Assembly (NCBI GenBank): GCA_041937175.2
Contig: CP166615.1
Location: forward strand, 3,424,001-3,488,000
Direction of reading: 5' to 3'
Source: Limnothrix sp. BL-A-16
GTDB taxonomy: Bacteria > Cyanobacteriota > Cyanobacteriia > CACIAM-69d
DNA: 64,000 nucleotides
In this document: piece by piece, positions 61,827 to 64,000 of the stretch
Layout: each line of letters starts with the position of its first letter
Numbering within the stretch: the first letter of the stretch is position 1
Made by a program: the position numbers and the translations under genes
Notes under the pieces: model-generated
Seen by the model: the letters and a program-made list of their open reading frames with translations, nothing else
The model's database searches: none
What the model was told of the DNA's origin: nothing

Positions 61827-63647
61827 CTAATCGCCCGACGGAATCGGCACTTGCTTGATGTCAAAGGGCAGGTTCAAATCATCCGGCAACTGCTGTTGGG
61901 TTTGTTTCAGCCACTTCAGGAATTGTTTGCGCAAGCCCTTGAGGGGCCGATCGGGTGTTGCCGTGTCCGATGGCGTTGGCTCAACGATCGGCTCCGAGAT
62001 CACCGGCTCGATCGACTCAAGCACAATCGGCGGTTTTAATCCAACTTGGGGCGCTGACTTTGGTTCAGACACCGCTGGTTCCGGTTTAGCTTCCGGGGCG
62101 ATCGGCTCCGTTGTGGGAACCTCCGTTGCTGATGCTTCCGGCTTCGTTCCCTCCGCTGGTGCGATCACATCTGGCGTAGCAGTCTCCGGTTCTGGTTCGC
62201 TCACCAACGCTGGCGAAGCAGGCTCTTCACGGTCTTCGCTCAGGGAACTGTTGATTCTCCGGGCCTCTGCTTGAGGCAGGGCTACATCCGGCGGCTCAGG
62301 GCTACCTGACTCAGGGCTAACTGGCTCGGCACTGGGTTCCGGCATCGGTTCAGGTTCCGTCGCCACAGGCGGGTTAGCCGTGGGGGACTCCTCAACAGTT
62401 TCCGAAACTGTTGTCGGTTCTAGGGTTGAGGCGGCAGGCTCCGATGGTGCAACGGCGCTGGGTTTTGGGGCCAGAGTCCCACTTGGAATGCTGACTTCGT
62501 GATCTGCTGTGTCCTTTGGTTCTGGGCTGGCCGTTGCTTCCGGCAGAGCCGCCGGTTCTGGTTCTGGAGTCATTGCCGCCGGTTCTACAGTCTCTGGCTC
62601 TGCGGTTACAGTCGGCAACGCTTGCGGCAATGGTGCGATCGGCTCAGGCGCGGCAACCGGTTCCGGGGCCGGTGGCTCATAGGTTGGGTCAATCAGCGCC
62701 CGGGCTTCCGGTTCCGGCAACGCACCCTTCAGCAGTCGGTCGATCGCGCTCGTCTGGTTGGGGTCAAACTCCACCAGCGCCACCGACTCATTAAACGCAT
62801 TCTCCAGCAGCTCTCCCCGATCGTCGATCAGCTCCAACTTGACCCAGTTTTTACCCCGACGGAATCCCTTCAAATAAATAGACTGCCAATCATCCAGCAA
62901 AAAGCTGTCGCCATTGACCGTCACCCGCACCTTCCAATCCACAATCTCATCATCATCCCGTTCCCGAGCCAGCAGATGTAGCGGGGCATTGGTCAAGTAA
63001 AAGTCCAGCAACACCGGTTCTGTGCCCACCGTCCCGATCGGCTGGTTATAGGTCAGCAACGGCCGGCCCGAGTCGGGAACATGGGTTTGGGTTTTTGCAA
63101 ACACATGGAAAGACACCTGAGCATAGGCCCCATCATTCTTAAAGCTTTCATGCCAGGGACGTTCCGCAAAGGCCCGGAGTGTGTGGGTTCCCGGCGTTAG
63201 GTCGCTAATCGTAATCGGATCCGTGACATCAAAAATCTCTGCCACCGGGCGATCGTCCAACATCAGCTTCAAATGTGGCCCGGCAGCCAGCGCTTCATCC
63301 TTAAATAGCGGCAAATCTTGCACCCGCAACTGCACCGCCACCTGTGTTTGCGTCAGGGTTTCATCGGGTCTTGGCGCAATGATCTGCACCTGGGGTTGAT
63401 AGCGATCCAACTCCCGATTCAATCGCTGCACGATCGATGGTGGTGCCACCTCATCAATGGCCCCCACTACTTTGCCCTGATTGGGTTTGGGCGGCGTGGC
63501 CGTCGCCAGCGGTGGTGGCTCCTTGGCGCATCCCCCGATCGGCAACAGGAGGCATCCCCAGACCAACACCACGCATCCCCAGGCCATTCGCCGCCCTAGC
63601 CCTCGACCCAGCGCCCCGAGCCACCTCATCTCGTTACCTCTTTGCAA
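61827..63647 (-). CDS. Probable lipoprotein with long Pro/Glu-rich tail
   Basis: Lipobox-like IGGC; GPHLKLMLD; PGTHTLRAF..RPWHESFKN; low-complexity PE-rich C-terminal half. Confidence 0.8.
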   Translation of the reverse strand: MQRGNEMRWLGALGRGLGRRMAWGCVVLVWGCLLLPIGGCAKEPPPLATATPPKPNQGKVVGAIDEVAPPSIVQRLNRELDRYQPQVQIIAPRPDETLTQTQVAVQLRVQDLPLFKDEALAAGPHLKLMLDDRPVAEIFDVTDPITISDLTPGTHTLRAFAERPWHESFKNDGAYAQVSFHVFAKTQTHVPDSGRPLLTYNQPIGTVGTEPVLLDFYLTNAPLHLLARERDDDEIVDWKVRVTVNGDSFLLDDWQSIYLKGFRRGKNWVKLELIDDRGELLENAFNESVALVEFDPNQTSAIDRLLKGALPEPEARALIDPTYEPPAPEPVAAPEPIAPLPQALPTVTAEPETVEPAAMTPEPEPAALPEATASPEPKDTADHEVSIPSGTLAPKPSAVAPSEPAASTLEPTTVSETVEESPTANPPVATEPEPMPEPSAEPVSPESGSPEPPDVALPQAEARRINSSLSEDREEPASPALVSEPEPETATPDVIAPAEGTKPEASATEVPTTEPIAPEAKPEPAVSEPKSAPQVGLKPPIVLESIEPVISEPIVEPTPSDTATPDRPLKGLRKQFLKWLKQTQQQLPDDLNLPFDIKQVPIPSGD

Positions 63648-64000
63648 TCTTCAATAATGGGTATAGGAACTGATATGACCTAGGCGATCCTAAGCAAACC
63701 TAGGCAATGCAGAATTTGGAAAACTTGCGAAATCTACGAAATTTGCGATCTGAAGGCAATCTGAAATCGAGTCCAGTGTATCCGAGAACCATAGCCGGGC
63801 CGCGGTTTCCAGCCTTTACCACAAAGAACTACCCAACTCGACCTCAGATGCTTTGCAATTCTTAATCAAACTGTTTGTAAAGTTTATAAACCTAACTTTC
63901 TGGATCTTACTACTGAATAAAAAAGCTCCAATGCCTCATGGGATGAGGCTTTACGGATTTTGAAATATTGTTAACCCCCTCAAGTCCCTTCAAAACCCAC

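Overview
Cyanobacterial chromosomal window: HIP1 GCGATCGC is very abundant, and prk, petH and sigA are present. Most of it is housekeeping and signalling genes (msrP, mutY, sat, sigA, moaA, guaA, prk, petH, ubiX, rml cluster, two class III nucleotide cyclases, a diguanylate cyclase). The stand-out feature is a 6.5-kb HIP1-free island (6671-13178) between a MacB-like permease and msrP. It consists of two tandem, diverged copies of an integrase-less integron-like platform. Each copy has a 222-bp leader ending in an attI-like (G/A)TTAGAC core, its own set of attC-bounded gene cassettes, and a 90-bp trailer starting GTTAGAC. All three outer junctions fall on HIP1 octamers, and no intI gene is in the window. 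The window also holds two MITE-like families carrying the same ACAAGGGGCTTAAGCCCCTTGT palindrome, a DUF928 / CHASE2 Cya2-like cyclase / cNMP-domain MscS gene run, a phased triplet of TTTTCCACA boxes, and a gene frameshifted at a homopolymer. All product calls come from motif recognition by eye, with no database search.
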